From assembly GCA_036386335.1 (NCBI GenBank), contig DASVVY010000021.1, positions 738 through 64,737 of the forward strand: a stretch of DNA of 64,000 bases, read 5' to 3'. Positions 9,035 to 18,723 of this stretch are shown piece after piece. This stretch comes from Allosphingosinicella sp. Its GTDB lineage: Bacteria; Pseudomonadota; Alphaproteobacteria; Sphingomonadales; Sphingomonadaceae. A program made the position numbers and the translations under genes. Every line of letters begins with the position of its first letter. Positions within the stretch are counted from its first letter, which is position 1. The notes below the pieces were generated by a model, which did not search any database, was not told where the DNA came from, and worked only from the letters and a program-made list of their open reading frames with translations.

Positions 9035-9451
9035 ATGAAAGCTCTCTTCGCCGCCGCCGGTGCGCTCTCCGTCGCCGCGGCGCTCGCCCCCGCCCCCGCC
9101 GCGTCCCAGGCCCGCAGCGGGACCAATGCCGACCGGATCAGCCGCGTCGTCATCTACGGCAACGACCCCTGCCCCCGCGGCACCACGTCCGGCGACATCG
9201 TCGTCTGCGCCCGCCGCCCCGAGACCGAACGCTACCGCATCCCCGAAGGCCTGCGCGACGAGGGCGCCGACGACGATCCCGAAAGCACCAGCTGGGCCGC
9301 GCGCGCGGAGAGCCTCGAATATGTCGGCCGCACCGGCATCCAGAGCTGCTCGACCGTCGGCCCCGGCGGCGTCAGCGGCTGCTGGGCCGAAATGATGCGC
9401 GCCGCCCGCGACGAGCGCCGCCAGAGCCCGGAGGGCGAGCCGGGGCGCTGA
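9035..9451 (+). CDS. Secreted hypothetical protein, paralog B
   Basis: AAGGAG RBS; signal peptide; same motif blocks as paralog A. Confidence 0.75.
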   Translation: MKALFAAAGALSVAAALAPAPAASQARSGTNADRISRVVIYGNDPCPRGTTSGDIVVCARRPETERYRIPEGLRDEGADDDPESTSWAARAESLEYVGRTGIQSCSTVGPGGVSGCWAEMMRAARDERRQSPEGEPGR

Positions 9452-9454
9452 GGC

Positions 9455-11218
9455 TTAGGACGGCGATCGCCCCTTCTCCGCCACGATCCACGCATCGACC
9501 TGCGTTTCCAGCACGTCGAGCGGCACCGAGCCCTGGAGCAGCACGGCGTCGTGGAAGCGGCGGAGGTCGAATCCGGGCCCGAGCGCCTTTTCCGCCCGCG
9601 TCCGCAGTTCGCGGATCCTCAGCGCGCCGATCATGTAGCCGAGCGCCTGGCCGGGCCAGCTGATGTAGCGGTTGACCTCCGCGTCGATGTTCGCGTCGGT
9701 CAGCGCCGTGTTCTCGCGCATGAAGGCCACCGCCTTCGCCTTGTCCCAGCCCTTGGCGTGAATGCCGGTGTCGATCACCAGCCGCGCCGCCCGCCACGCC
9801 TGGTAGGAGAGCTGCCCCATCTTCTTCTCGGGCGTGTCGTAGAGGCCCATCTCCTCGCCGAGGCTTTCCCCGTACAGCGCCCAGCCTTCGGTAAAGGCGG
9901 TGAAGAAGGTGAAGTAGCGGCGGAACGGCGGCAGCTCGACCTCCTGCTGGAGGGCGATCTGGTGGTGGTGCCCCGGCACCGCCTCGTGCAGCGTCAGCGC
10001 GGTCAGCTCCCACAGCGGCCGCTGGTTGAGCTTGGACGTGTTGACGTAGAAGGTCCCGGCAAGGCCGCTCTCCGGCGAGCCCTGGGCATAAAAGGCGGTC
10101 GTCGTCCCTTCCGCCGTCTCCGCCGGGATTTGCCGCAGGCCGTAGGAGAGCCGCGGCAGGGTGGCGAAGAAGGCGGGCATCTTGCCGTCGATCGTCTTTG
10201 CGGTGAGCGCCGCCGCCTGCATCAGCTGATCTGGCGTGGTTGCGAAATATTTGGGGTTGGTCCTCAGCTCCCGGATGAACGCCTCGCGGCTCGCGAAGCC
10301 CGCCCCCTTCGCCAGTTTCTCCATCTCCGCGCGGATGCGGCGCATCTCGCGAAGGCCGACCTCGTGGATCTGCTCGGGCGTCAGGTCGGTGGTGGTCTCC
10401 TCGCGCACCCGGAAGGCATAGAATTCGCGCCCGCCCCGCTGCGCCGAGATGCTGTCCTTCTTGGCGCAGGCCGGCGCATAGGTCGTGCGGTAGAACGCGA
10501 GATGCCTCGCATAAGCTGGGTTCAGCACCTCGGCTATCAGCCGCCGCGCCCTCCCCTGCATGGCCCCCCAGTCCGGCGCGCTCACGTCCTGCGGCCGCGC
10601 GCCCTCGAATGGCGCGTAGAAGCGGGATTTGGCGGGGTCGTCCGCGATCACGCCGGAGATCGTCTTCTCGTAATTGCCGAGGACGGAGCAGGGCAGCACG
10701 AAGCCGCCGCGCACCGCCTCCGCCGTCACCGCCAGGCCGGTGTCGCCGATCTTCGGGTACTGCTCCAGCCGGCTGAGGTAGCTTTCGAAATCCGCTTTGC
10801 TGCGCAGCGGCACCGTGTTCGGCAGGTCGGCGAAGTCCTGGTGCCATCCCGCATAAGTGGTGAACAGCATGGTGCGCTGCGGGTAGCGGTTCGCCTCCAC
10901 CGTCGCCTCCAGCCCCCGCTTCAGGATCGCGCGGTTGACCCGGTCCGCCGGGGAGAGCTGCGCCTCCGGAATGCGCTCCAGCCGCGCGAGGAACGCCGCC
11001 GCCTCCCGCGCCCGGCGGTCGGCGGCGGCGAGGCTGATGTCCTGCACCCGGTCGTCATGCTCCCGCACCCCGAGCGCGGTTGCGTAGATCGGGCTCTCGC
11101 GCAGCAGCCAGGCATAATGCTCCTGGAGCAAAGTCCGGAAATCGTCCGCGGGCGCGGCGGCGGCGGGTGCGGAGAGGGCGATCAGGGCCGCGGCCGCGGC
11201 GAGGTGTTTGAAGGGCAT
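9455..11218 (-). CDS. DUF885-family secreted protein
   Basis: [43 protein letters not shown] motifs. Confidence 0.9.
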   Translation of the reverse strand: MPFKHLAAAAALIALSAPAAAAPADDFRTLLQEHYAWLLRESPIYATALGVREHDDRVQDISLAAADRRAREAAAFLARLERIPEAQLSPADRVNRAILKRGLEATVEANRYPQRTMLFTTYAGWHQDFADLPNTVPLRSKADFESYLSRLEQYPKIGDTGLAVTAEAVRGGFVLPCSVLGNYEKTISGVIADDPAKSRFYAPFEGARPQDVSAPDWGAMQGRARRLIAEVLNPAYARHLAFYRTTYAPACAKKDSISAQRGGREFYAFRVREETTTDLTPEQIHEVGLREMRRIRAEMEKLAKGAGFASREAFIRELRTNPKYFATTPDQLMQAAALTAKTIDGKMPAFFATLPRLSYGLRQIPAETAEGTTTAFYAQGSPESGLAGTFYVNTSKLNQRPLWELTALTLHEAVPGHHHQIALQQEVELPPFRRYFTFFTAFTEGWALYGESLGEEMGLYDTPEKKMGQLSYQAWRAARLVIDTGIHAKGWDKAKAVAFMRENTALTDANIDAEVNRYISWPGQALGYMIGALRIRELRTRAEKALGPGFDLRRFHDAVLLQGSVPLDVLETQVDAWIVAEKGRSPS

Positions 11219-11258
11219 GGCGGGAGTCTAGCCCACGCCCGGCCGCCGCGCCAATTGC

Positions 11259-11284
11259 GGAAACGAACCCGCGCCCCGCCCGTT
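11259..11284 (+). promoter_or_regulatory. Possible EcfG-type promoter GGAAA-N17-CGTT
   Basis: One mismatch at -35; upstream of dodecin. Confidence 0.4.
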
Positions 11285-11314
11285 GGCGTTTCACGGCAGC
11301 GGAGGAGCGATGCG

Positions 11315-11524
11315 ATGAGCAACCATGTCTACAAGATCGTCGAGATAGTCGGCAGCTCGCCCACCAGCATCGAGGACGCGATCGACGCCGGCATCGCGCG
11401 GGCCGCCAAGACCGTGCGCGACATCCGCTGGTTCGAAGTCAAGGAGACTCGCGGCCACGTCGAGAATGGCCGCGTCGCCCACTATCAGGTGACGCTGAGG
11501 ATCGGCTTCACGCTGGGCGAATAG
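11315..11524 (+). CDS. Dodecin (flavin-binding)
   Basis: [35 protein letters not shown]...YQVTLRIGF; GGAGGAG RBS. Confidence 0.92.
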   Translation: MSNHVYKIVEIVGSSPTSIEDAIDAGIARAAKTVRDIRWFEVKETRGHVENGRVAHYQVTLRIGFTLGE

Positions 11525-11565
11525 GCCATTCGACGGCGCCGGAACGATCGGCTAGCGTCCGGGCC

Positions 11566-12957
11566 ATGACCGTTCCAGAAGCCACGCCCGACCTCGACCC
11601 CGGCCCCGACGACCGCGCCTTCCTCGGCCACCCGAAAGGCCTCGCCTACCTCGCCTTCACCGAGACGTGGGAGCGCTTCTCCTATTACGGCATGCAGACC
11701 CTGCTCGTCCTCTACATGGTGAACGAGCTGCTGCTGCCGGGGCATATCGAGAATATCGCCTTTTTCGACAGCTTCCGCCGGATCTACGGCAACCTCGAAG
11801 GCCAGCCGCTCGCCTCCGCCATCTTCGGCACCTACACGGCGCTGGTCTACCTGACCCCGATCTTCGGCGGCCTGCTGGCCGACCGCGTGCTCGGCCGCCG
11901 CCGCACCGTGCTGCTCGGCGCCGTGACGATGGCGGCCGGCCACTTCCTGATGGCGTTCGAGGTGAGCTTCCTCTTCGCCCTCCTCTGCCTCGTCATCGGC
12001 AGCGGCATGTTCAAGGGCAACATCGCCAGCCAGGTCGGCGCCCTCTACGGCCCGAACGACCTGCGCCGCGCCACCGCCTTCCAGATCTTCTACCTCGGCA
12101 TCAATGCCGCGGTGATCGTCTCCCCCGCCATCGTGGGGACCCTGGGCGAGAAGGTCGGTTGGCACTGGGGCTTCGGCTCGGCGGGCGTCGGCATGCTGAT
12201 CGGGCTCGCCGTCTACCTGATGGGCCAGAAGCACCTGCCCAGGGAGCATTTCGACCGCCCCTCCGCCGCCGCCCGGGCCGAGCGCCCCCGCCTCTCCTCC
12301 GGCGACTGGAGCGCGGTGATCGCGCTCATCCTCCTCATCCCGGTGATGGCGGTCGGCCTCCTCCCCAACCAGCAGATCTTCAACGCCTACCTCGTCTGGG
12401 GCGACCGCAGCTTCGACCTCACGTTCATGGGCAGCCGGCTGCCGACCAGCTGGCTGATCAGCCTCGATGCGATCACCAGCGTCAGCTTCCTCGCCATCGT
12501 CGCCCTCTTCTACAGCTGGTACGGCAGGCGCCGGAAGGAGCCGGACGAGGTCACCAAGATGATCATCGGCTCGGCCTTCTCGATCGCGGGCATGCTCTGC
12601 CTGTTCATGGCCGCATCGACGACCGGCCCGGGCGAGAAGATCGGCCTGTTCTGGCCGGTCATGTTCCACCTGATGAACAGCATCGGCTTCGCGCACATGC
12701 TGCCCGTCAGCCTCGCTCTCTTCGCCAAGGTCGCGCCCAAGGCGATCAACGCCACCGTGATCGGCCTCTATTACCTCACCTTCTTCGCCGCCAACTCGAT
12801 CGTCGGCTACGTGGGCGGCTGGCTGGAGACGATGCCGGCGACCAGCTTCTGGCTGATGCACGCCGCCTTCGCCGCCGCCGCCGGCGCTGCGTTCATCCTC
12901 TTCCGCCTGTTCGTCGGCACCCGCCTCGAAGGCGCCCGGGCCGGTCCCCTCCGTTGA
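11566..12957 (+). CDS. POT/PTR-family proton-dependent oligopeptide transporter (MFS)
   Basis: FLGHPKGL...ETWERFSYYG (ExxERFxYY), GSGMFKGN, FYLGIN. Confidence 0.92.
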   Translation: MTVPEATPDLDPGPDDRAFLGHPKGLAYLAFTETWERFSYYGMQTLLVLYMVNELLLPGHIENIAFFDSFRRIYGNLEGQPLASAIFGTYTALVYLTPIFGGLLADRVLGRRRTVLLGAVTMAAGHFLMAFEVSFLFALLCLVIGSGMFKGNIASQVGALYGPNDLRRATAFQIFYLGINAAVIVSPAIVGTLGEKVGWHWGFGSAGVGMLIGLAVYLMGQKHLPREHFDRPSAAARAERPRLSSGDWSAVIALILLIPVMAVGLLPNQQIFNAYLVWGDRSFDLTFMGSRLPTSWLISLDAITSVSFLAIVALFYSWYGRRRKEPDEVTKMIIGSAFSIAGMLCLFMAASTTGPGEKIGLFWPVMFHLMNSIGFAHMLPVSLALFAKVAPKAINATVIGLYYLTFFAANSIVGYVGGWLETMPATSFWLMHAAFAAAAGAAFILFRLFVGTRLEGARAGPLR

Positions 12958-13009
12958 CATTCGTTTCGGCTGCGCCTATCCGCCCGCACCCTGCGGCACT
13001 GGTGCCGCA
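12954..13009 (+). promoter_or_regulatory. Sigma70-like promoter (TTGACA-N17-TATCCG) followed by perfect palindrome TGCGGCAC-TG-GTGCCGCA
   Basis: TTGACA 12954-12959; inverted repeat 12992-13009. Confidence 0.5.
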
Positions 13010-13027
13010 TTTGGACGGAGACGCGCG

Positions 13028-13096
13028 ATGATGGTGCATCGCCTGAGGCATGGGAATATTCGTCCCGCCGCCGTCCGGACCCTGCCCAAGCGCTAG
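13028..13096 (+). CDS. Possible 22-aa leader/small peptide MMVHRLRHGNIRPAAVRTLPKR
   Basis: GGAG RBS 7 nt upstream of ATG; lies between the promoter and the AAA gene. Confidence 0.35.
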   Translation: MMVHRLRHGNIRPAAVRTLPKR

Positions 13097-13198
13097 CGCG
13101 CCCGGCCGGGGACGGACCCGGCGAGACCGCACTTCCTGAAATTTTCGAGAGACGGCTGCGCCGCGCCCTTTTGCGCGGGCGGGCCGCATGGATGGGTC

Positions 13199-15223
13199 AT
13201 GGGCGAGAAGCTTCTGGCGCAGCGCGTGCTTACGCTGCTGCGCGAAACCAGCGGCCGGAGCGGCGCCGTCGCGCCCGCGCTGGTCGACTGGGCGAACGAC
13301 AAGCGCGACTGGCTGTGGCCGGACGTCAAATGGGCGGCCTGCAAGGGCGAGCCCAAGCGCACCGGCAAGCGCCGGAAGGGCAAGCTCCGGCTCGACTGGG
13401 ACGGGCTGCCGGCGCTCGCGGCGAAGATCGCGACCGACGAACCGGACCCGGACCTGTTCGGGCCCGTCGACGCGCTCGCGCGCCTGCTCGCGCTCGAGCC
13501 GTTCGAGCATGCGCTGCTGCGGGCGGCCGTGGGGATGGACAGGTTCCCGCGCCTTTCGACGCTGCGCCAGCGCCTGCTCGACGCCGGTCAGGACATGCTG
13601 CCGCTGCTCGGTCGGGTCGCCGGCGCGGGCGAGGGCGACGCCGCCGCGCGGGTGCGCCGCTCGGCGCTGGTCTCGCTCGGCCTCGTCCGCGTCGAGATGG
13701 GCCGCGCGGGCGGCTATCGGCTCGAGTTCGACTGGACCTTCTCCAGCGTCCTCGACCGCGGCCTCGTCGCCGAGGAGCGGCTCGTCGACGCGCTTGCCGG
13801 CGTCCGGCAGAAAGCCTCGCTCACGGCGGAGGACTTCGCGGAGCGGCGCGAGAGCTTCGACCTCATCGCCCGCCTCCTCGGCGGCGCGTTGCGTGCCCGC
13901 GCCGCAGGGGTGAACGTGCTGATCTACGGTCCCCCCGGCACCGGGAAGACCGAGCTCGCCCGCACCCTCGCCGCCGCCGCCGGCGCGGATCTCTACGCGG
14001 TCGGCGAAGCGGACGAGGATGGCGACGAGCCCACCCGGTGGGAGCGCATCCACGCGCTGAAGCGGGCGCAGCGGCTGCTCTCGCGCCGCACCGGCGCGCT
14101 CCTGCTGTTCGACGAGATGGAGGATTTGTTCAGCGACGCGCGCACCACGGCGGGCGACGGGGCGCCCCGGGCCGGCTCTAAAATCTTCGTCAACCGCCTG
14201 CTCGAGGAGAATCCCGTCCCCACCTTGTGGACCAGCAACGCCATCGGCGACGTCGATCCGGCGCACCTGAGGCGAATGAGCTTCGTCCTCAAGATGGATC
14301 ATCCCCCGGCACGCGCGCGGGCGCGGATCGCGCGGCGTATCGCCGAGGCGGAGGGCACGCCCGCCGCGGCCGACGCGCTGGCGCCGCTGCTGGAGGAGGA
14401 TGCCGAGGCGGCGAGCATCGCCCGCGCCGCAATCCGCGCCGCCGCCCTTGCCGCCGGTGCGCCGGAGGACGCGGAGGCGGTCGGGCGCGCGTTGCTGACC
14501 GGGCTTCGCGGCGGCCGCGCCGCGCCGCCGCGCACCTGCGGCGCCGGCCTCGACCTCGGCCTCTACGAAGCCGACGTTTCGATCGAGGCCTTGCTCGAGC
14601 GGCTTTGCGCCCCCGGCGCGGCGAGCGACTTCTCGCTCCTCCTGACCGGCCCGCCGGGGACGGGGAAGACCGCGCTCGCCGCCCATCTCGCGCACCGGCT
14701 CGACCGGCCGCTGTCGGTGAAGCGCACCTCGGACCTCCTCTCCAAGTGGGTCGGCGGCACCGAGGCCAATATCGCCGAAGCCTTCGCCGAGGCGCGGGAG
14801 GAGGGCGCCGTGCTGCTGTTCGACGAGGCGGATTCGCTGCTCCTCGACCGCTCCGACGCGCAGCGTTCGTGGGAGATCACGCAGGTGAACGAATTGCTCA
14901 CCTGGATGGACAGCCACACGCTGCCGTTCGTCGCCGCGACCAATTTCGCGCGGCGTCTCGATCCGGCGGCGCTGCGGCGATTCGTGTTCAAGATCGACCT
15001 GCGGGCGATGAGCGAGGCAGCGGCGGCGCGGGCGTTCGAGCGCTTCTTCGGCGCGGCCGCGCCGGCGGGCCTGCGCGAGATACCCGGCCTCACCCCCGGC
15101 GATTTCGCGGTGGTGAAGCGCCAGCTCCGCTACCGTCGCCAGGCGGCGCCGGCGGACATCGTCGCCCTGCTCGCCGCCGAAGCCAAAGCGAAGCCGGAAC
15201 GCCCGCTGAAGATCGGTTTTTGA
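13199..15223 (+). CDS. Tandem (two-ring) AAA+ ATPase with N-terminal extension
   Basis: Two GPPGTGKT Walker A; Walker B LLLFDEME and LLFDEAD; second region of homology ATNF..RLDPAALRRF. Confidence 0.9.
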   Translation: MGEKLLAQRVLTLLRETSGRSGAVAPALVDWANDKRDWLWPDVKWAACKGEPKRTGKRRKGKLRLDWDGLPALAAKIATDEPDPDLFGPVDALARLLALEPFEHALLRAAVGMDRFPRLSTLRQRLLDAGQDMLPLLGRVAGAGEGDAAARVRRSALVSLGLVRVEMGRAGGYRLEFDWTFSSVLDRGLVAEERLVDALAGVRQKASLTAEDFAERRESFDLIARLLGGALRARAAGVNVLIYGPPGTGKTELARTLAAAAGADLYAVGEADEDGDEPTRWERIHALKRAQRLLSRRTGALLLFDEMEDLFSDARTTAGDGAPRAGSKIFVNRLLEENPVPTLWTSNAIGDVDPAHLRRMSFVLKMDHPPARARARIARRIAEAEGTPAAADALAPLLEEDAEAASIARAAIRAAALAAGAPEDAEAVGRALLTGLRGGRAAPPRTCGAGLDLGLYEADVSIEALLERLCAPGAASDFSLLLTGPPGTGKTALAAHLAHRLDRPLSVKRTSDLLSKWVGGTEANIAEAFAEAREEGAVLLFDEADSLLLDRSDAQRSWEITQVNELLTWMDSHTLPFVAATNFARRLDPAALRRFVFKIDLRAMSEAAAARAFERFFGAAAPAGLREIPGLTPGDFAVVKRQLRYRRQAAPADIVALLAAEAKAKPERPLKIGF

Positions 15224-15266
15224 GGATGCCGCCCGCCGCACGCGTCCCGAAAAACCGCGCGATCTT

Positions 15267-15288
15267 CCCCTCTCCCTGGTGAGAGGGG
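15267..15288. terminator. Hairpin CCCCTCTC-N6-GAGAGGGG between convergent genes (terminator or REP-like remnant)
   Basis: 8-bp perfect stem. Confidence 0.4.
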
Positions 15289-15371
15289 GGCGACGAGCCG
15301 CCGCTCCGGAGATTAGCCACCAGGGGCGGAAGCCATATCGCCGACCTTCTCCCGGAACGGCTCAATTCGGG

Positions 15372-16052
15372 CTACCGCTCCGCCCCCACCTTGGGCGGCA
15401 GCGGGAAGAGGGTGGCGAACCGCTCCGCCAGCGCCCGGTCGCCCTCGATCCGGAGCGCCCCCTCCCCCTCCAGCGCTTCGAGCGGGACGCCGCCGTACAC
15501 GGCCGCGGCGATCGCCGGCGGCGCGCCGCTCCAGACGAGGTCCGCGCCGTCGGCCGGGCCGCGCTCGATGTCGAAGACGCCGTCGTGCAGCCGGCCGCGA
15601 TATTCGCCGTCCGGCAGCCGGAACCCGATTCGGGCGTCAATCCCCTCCGCCCGCGCCGGGTCGAGCATCGTGCGGAACGAGAGGAGCAGCGAGGCCGAGC
15701 TCAGCGGCAGCCGCGGGTCGTGGGTCGGCGACCGCGCCGCCCAGCGGCCGAGCACCTGGAAGATCGGCTCGGCCTCATAGCCCCACGGCGTCAGCTCGTA
15801 GACCTGGGCCGGCGCCGGCGGCGGCAGCCGCTTCTTCGCCAGCACGCCCGCCGCCTCCAGCCCCTCCAGCCGCTGGGTCAGCACGTTGGCGCTGATCCCG
15901 GGCAGGCCCGTGCGGATGTCGCTGAACCGTTTCGGCCCCAGCATCAGCTCGCGTATGACGAGCAGCGCCCAGCGCTCGCCGACCAGATCGAGCGCGTGGG
16001 CGGCGCCGCAGGCGTCCTCGTAGCTCCGTCTGGTTGTCTTTTCTAACTGCAC
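15372..16052 (-). CDS. HxlR-family winged-helix regulator with C-terminal SCP2-like domain
   Basis: YEDACGAAHALDLVGERWALLVIRELMLGPKRFSDI...GISANVLTQRL...VYELTPWG. Confidence 0.9.
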   Translation of the reverse strand: MQLEKTTRRSYEDACGAAHALDLVGERWALLVIRELMLGPKRFSDIRTGLPGISANVLTQRLEGLEAAGVLAKKRLPPPAPAQVYELTPWGYEAEPIFQVLGRWAARSPTHDPRLPLSSASLLLSFRTMLDPARAEGIDARIGFRLPDGEYRGRLHDGVFDIERGPADGADLVWSGAPPAIAAAVYGGVPLEALEGEGALRIEGDRALAERFATLFPLPPKVGAER

Positions 16053-16068
16053 AGTTGCTTTTTATAAC
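16033..16068. promoter_or_regulatory. Tandem operator pair GTTG-N7-TAAC (16033-16047, 16054-16068)
   Basis: Two near-palindromic sites 21 bp apart, overlapping the hxlR start and the divergent operon promoter. Confidence 0.6.
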
Positions 16069-16121
16069 AGAACCGCGCATCACCGTCAAACAGCGATTCG
16101 CAGAACCCCAAGGAGCAAGAG

Positions 16122-16565
16122 ATGCCGAGAATGATCTTCGTGAACCTGCCGGTGGCGGACCTCGACCGCGCCGTTGCCTTTTATCGGGCGATCGGCGGCG
16201 AGCAGAACATGCAATTCTCCGATGCCACCGCGGCGATGATGACCTTCTCCGACACGATCAGCGTGATGCTGCTCACCCACGGCAAGTTCGCGCAATTCAC
16301 GCCCAAGCCGATCGCCGACGCCCACGCGACCAGCGAGGTGCTGCTCTGCCTCTCCTGCGACGATCGCGCCGCGGTCGACGACATCACCGGGCGCGCGCTC
16401 GCCGCCGGCGGGCGGGAGCCGCGCGAGAAGCAGGATTACGGCTTCATGTACGGACGCAGCTTCGAGGATCCGGACGGCCACATCTGGGAGCCGATGTGGA
16501 TGGACCTCGAAGCCGCCACCCGCGCCATGGCGGAATGCCCGCAGGACGAGGCGGTCTCGGCATGA
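16122..16565 (+). CDS. VOC/glyoxalase-family protein
   Basis: MIFVNLPVADLDRAVAFY...QDYGFMYGRSFEDPDGHIWE. Confidence 0.9.
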   Translation: MPRMIFVNLPVADLDRAVAFYRAIGGEQNMQFSDATAAMMTFSDTISVMLLTHGKFAQFTPKPIADAHATSEVLLCLSCDDRAAVDDITGRALAAGGREPREKQDYGFMYGRSFEDPDGHIWEPMWMDLEAATRAMAECPQDEAVSA

Positions 16566-17047
16566 ACGCCCCCGCAACCAGCCACGAGCTCTCGGTCACC
16601 CGCCTGATCCACGCCTCTCCCGAGACCGTCTACCGCACCTGGACGCACCGCATCGAGGAGTGGTGGGTGCCGAGGCCCTGGACTGCGCGGATCATCGAGC
16701 AGGACCTGCGCACCGGCGGCCGCAGCGCGATCGAGGTCCAGGGACCCGAAGGCGAGCGCTTCCCCCACGACGGCATCTTCCTCGAGGTCGTGCCGAACGA
16801 GCGGATCGTCATCACCAACGCTTTCACCGACGGCTGGCAGCCCAAGGGCCACATGGACAGCGATTGCGACTTTCCGGTGGTCAACATCGTCACCTTCGCG
16901 CCCGAGGGTGACGGCACCCGCTACACCGCCCGCGTCCTCCACTGGACCGACGAAGCGGTAAAGGCCCACGAGGCGATGGGCTTCCACCAGGGCTGGGCCC
17001 AGGTCACCGCCCAGCTCGCCGACCTTGCCGAAGGAGAGACGCGATGA
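16562..17047 (+). CDS. SRPBCC (AHA1/START-like) domain protein
   Basis: ELSVTRLIHASPETVYRTWT...DLRTGG...FLEVVPNERIV...HEAMGFHQGW. Confidence 0.9.
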   Translation: MNAPATSHELSVTRLIHASPETVYRTWTHRIEEWWVPRPWTARIIEQDLRTGGRSAIEVQGPEGERFPHDGIFLEVVPNERIVITNAFTDGWQPKGHMDSDCDFPVVNIVTFAPEGDGTRYTARVLHWTDEAVKAHEAMGFHQGWAQVTAQLADLAEGETR

Positions 17048-17397
17048 GCTACATCGACGGTTTCGTCGTGCCCGTTCCGGCCGACAAGCGGGACGCCTAT
17101 CGCGAAATGGCCGAGCTGGCCGCGACGGTGTTCCGCGATTGCGGCGCCACCCGCCTGGTCGAAGCGTGGGCCGACGACGTTCCGGACGGCAAGGTCACCG
17201 ACTTCCGCCGCGCGGTTGCCGCCGAGGAAGGCGAGGTTGTCGTCTTCTCCTGGATCGAGTGGCCGTCGAAGGAGGTGCGCGACGCCGGTCTCAAAAAGGC
17301 GATGGAAGACCCGCGCATGAGCAGCGACCCTGCGACGCACCCGTTCGACGGCAAGCGGATGATCTTCGGCGGATTCGCGCCGTTTGTGGATGCCTGA
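17044..17397 (+). CDS. DUF1428 (YbaA-like) protein
   Basis: MSYIDGFVVPVP...EAWADDVPDGKVTDF...VVFSWIEWPSK...PFDGKRMIFGGF. Confidence 0.9.
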   Translation: MSYIDGFVVPVPADKRDAYREMAELAATVFRDCGATRLVEAWADDVPDGKVTDFRRAVAAEEGEVVVFSWIEWPSKEVRDAGLKKAMEDPRMSSDPATHPFDGKRMIFGGFAPFVDA

Positions 17398-17407
17398 AGG
17401 GAGGAAA

Positions 17408-18184
17408 ATGACGATGGCGAACGGCTTCATCTGGTACGAGCTGATGACGAGCGACCCGGAAGCGGCGGCGTCCTTCTATGAAAAGACGGTCGGCTGGACC
17501 GCGGCCGATTCCGGCCATCCCGACGTCCGCTACACCATCTTCTCCAACGCCGCCCGCGGCGTCGCCGGGATGATGGAAATCCCCGAAGCCCCCCGCCAGG
17601 CCGGCGCCCGCCCGCTCTGGATCGGCTATATCGGCGTGGACGATGTCGACGCCGCCTGCGGCCGGCTCGAGCAGGCGGGCGGAACGGTGCACAAGCAGCC
17701 GGCCGACATTCCCGAGGTCGGCCGCTTCGCGATGGTCGCCGATCCGCACGGCGCGATGTTCGTGCTGATGACGCCGCGCCCCATGGAGAACCCGCCCGAG
17801 CCCCTCCCCCGCATGACACCGGGCGGCGCCGGCTGGCACGAGCTCTACGCCGGCGACGGCGATGCCGCATTCCACTTCTACGCCGGCCAGTTCGGCTGGA
17901 GCGAGGTGGGCGGCGTCGACATGGGTCCGATGGGCGTCTACCGCCTCTGGGCCGCCGGCGGCGACGAGGCGATGGGCGGCATGATGACCAAGCAGCCGCA
18001 ATTCCCGCGGCCGATGTGGATCTTCTACTTCGTCGTCGACGGTATCGACGCGGCGGCCGAGCGCGTCGAAGCGAACGGCGGCACGATCCGAATGGGGCCG
18101 ATGGAGGTGCCGGACGGAAGCTGGGTCTTCCAGGCGACCGATCCGCAGGGCGCCCTCTTCGCCCTCGTCTCCCGCACCCGCTGA
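17408..18184 (+). CDS. Two-domain VOC-family protein
   Basis: Duplicated WYEL/WHEL...FY...GW and DPHGAMF / DPQGALF. Confidence 0.9.
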   Translation: MTMANGFIWYELMTSDPEAAASFYEKTVGWTAADSGHPDVRYTIFSNAARGVAGMMEIPEAPRQAGARPLWIGYIGVDDVDAACGRLEQAGGTVHKQPADIPEVGRFAMVADPHGAMFVLMTPRPMENPPEPLPRMTPGGAGWHELYAGDGDAAFHFYAGQFGWSEVGGVDMGPMGVYRLWAAGGDEAMGGMMTKQPQFPRPMWIFYFVVDGIDAAAERVEANGGTIRMGPMEVPDGSWVFQATDPQGALFALVSRTR

Positions 18185-18196
18185 AGGACAGGCGCC

Positions 18197-18676
18197 ATGT
18201 CGAAGATCAACCCGTGCCTGTGGTTCAACCACAATGCCGAGGAGGCGGCGAACTTCTACGTCAGCCTCCTCCCCGACAGCCGCATCGACAAGGTGGTCCG
18301 CTCGCCCTCCGACAATCCCAGCATGAAGAAAGGCGACGTGCTGACGGTCGAGTTCACCCTCGCCGGCAGCCGCTTCTCCGGGCTCAACGGCGGGCCGTTA
18401 TTCTCCTTCACCGAAGCGGTCTCCTTCCAGATCCACTGCGACGACCAGGCCGAGGTCGACCGCCTCTGGGATGCCATCGCCGGGAATGGCGGAGAACCCG
18501 GCCCCTGCGGCTGGATCAAGGACAGATGGGGTCTCTCCTGGCAGATCGTGCCCAAGGAACTCCTCGCCATGTTCGAGAGCGAGGATCGCGCGGGTGCCGA
18601 GCGGGCGATGCAGGCGATGCTGCAGATGGGCAAGCTCGACCTGCCGAAGCTGCGCGAGGCGTTCGCGGGCGGCTGA
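18197..18676 (+). CDS. PhnB-like VOC protein (3-dmu-9 3-mt family)
   Basis: KINPCLWFN..AEEAANFY...LNGGP.F.FTEAVSF...CGWIKDRWGLSWQIVP. Confidence 0.9.
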   Translation: MSKINPCLWFNHNAEEAANFYVSLLPDSRIDKVVRSPSDNPSMKKGDVLTVEFTLAGSRFSGLNGGPLFSFTEAVSFQIHCDDQAEVDRLWDAIAGNGGEPGPCGWIKDRWGLSWQIVPKELLAMFESEDRAGAERAMQAMLQMGKLDLPKLREAFAGG

Positions 18677-18723
18677 TCGGCCTGTCACAAAAGCGTCATG
18701 CGAGGGGCGTATATTTGCCTGGC

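Noticed and set aside
11541-11566. GGAAC upstream of the POT transporter
   Set aside because: No CGTT at 16-17 nt spacing.
12893-15241. 782-aa minus-strand ORF
   Set aside because: Antisense to the AAA ATPase; no recognisable domain.
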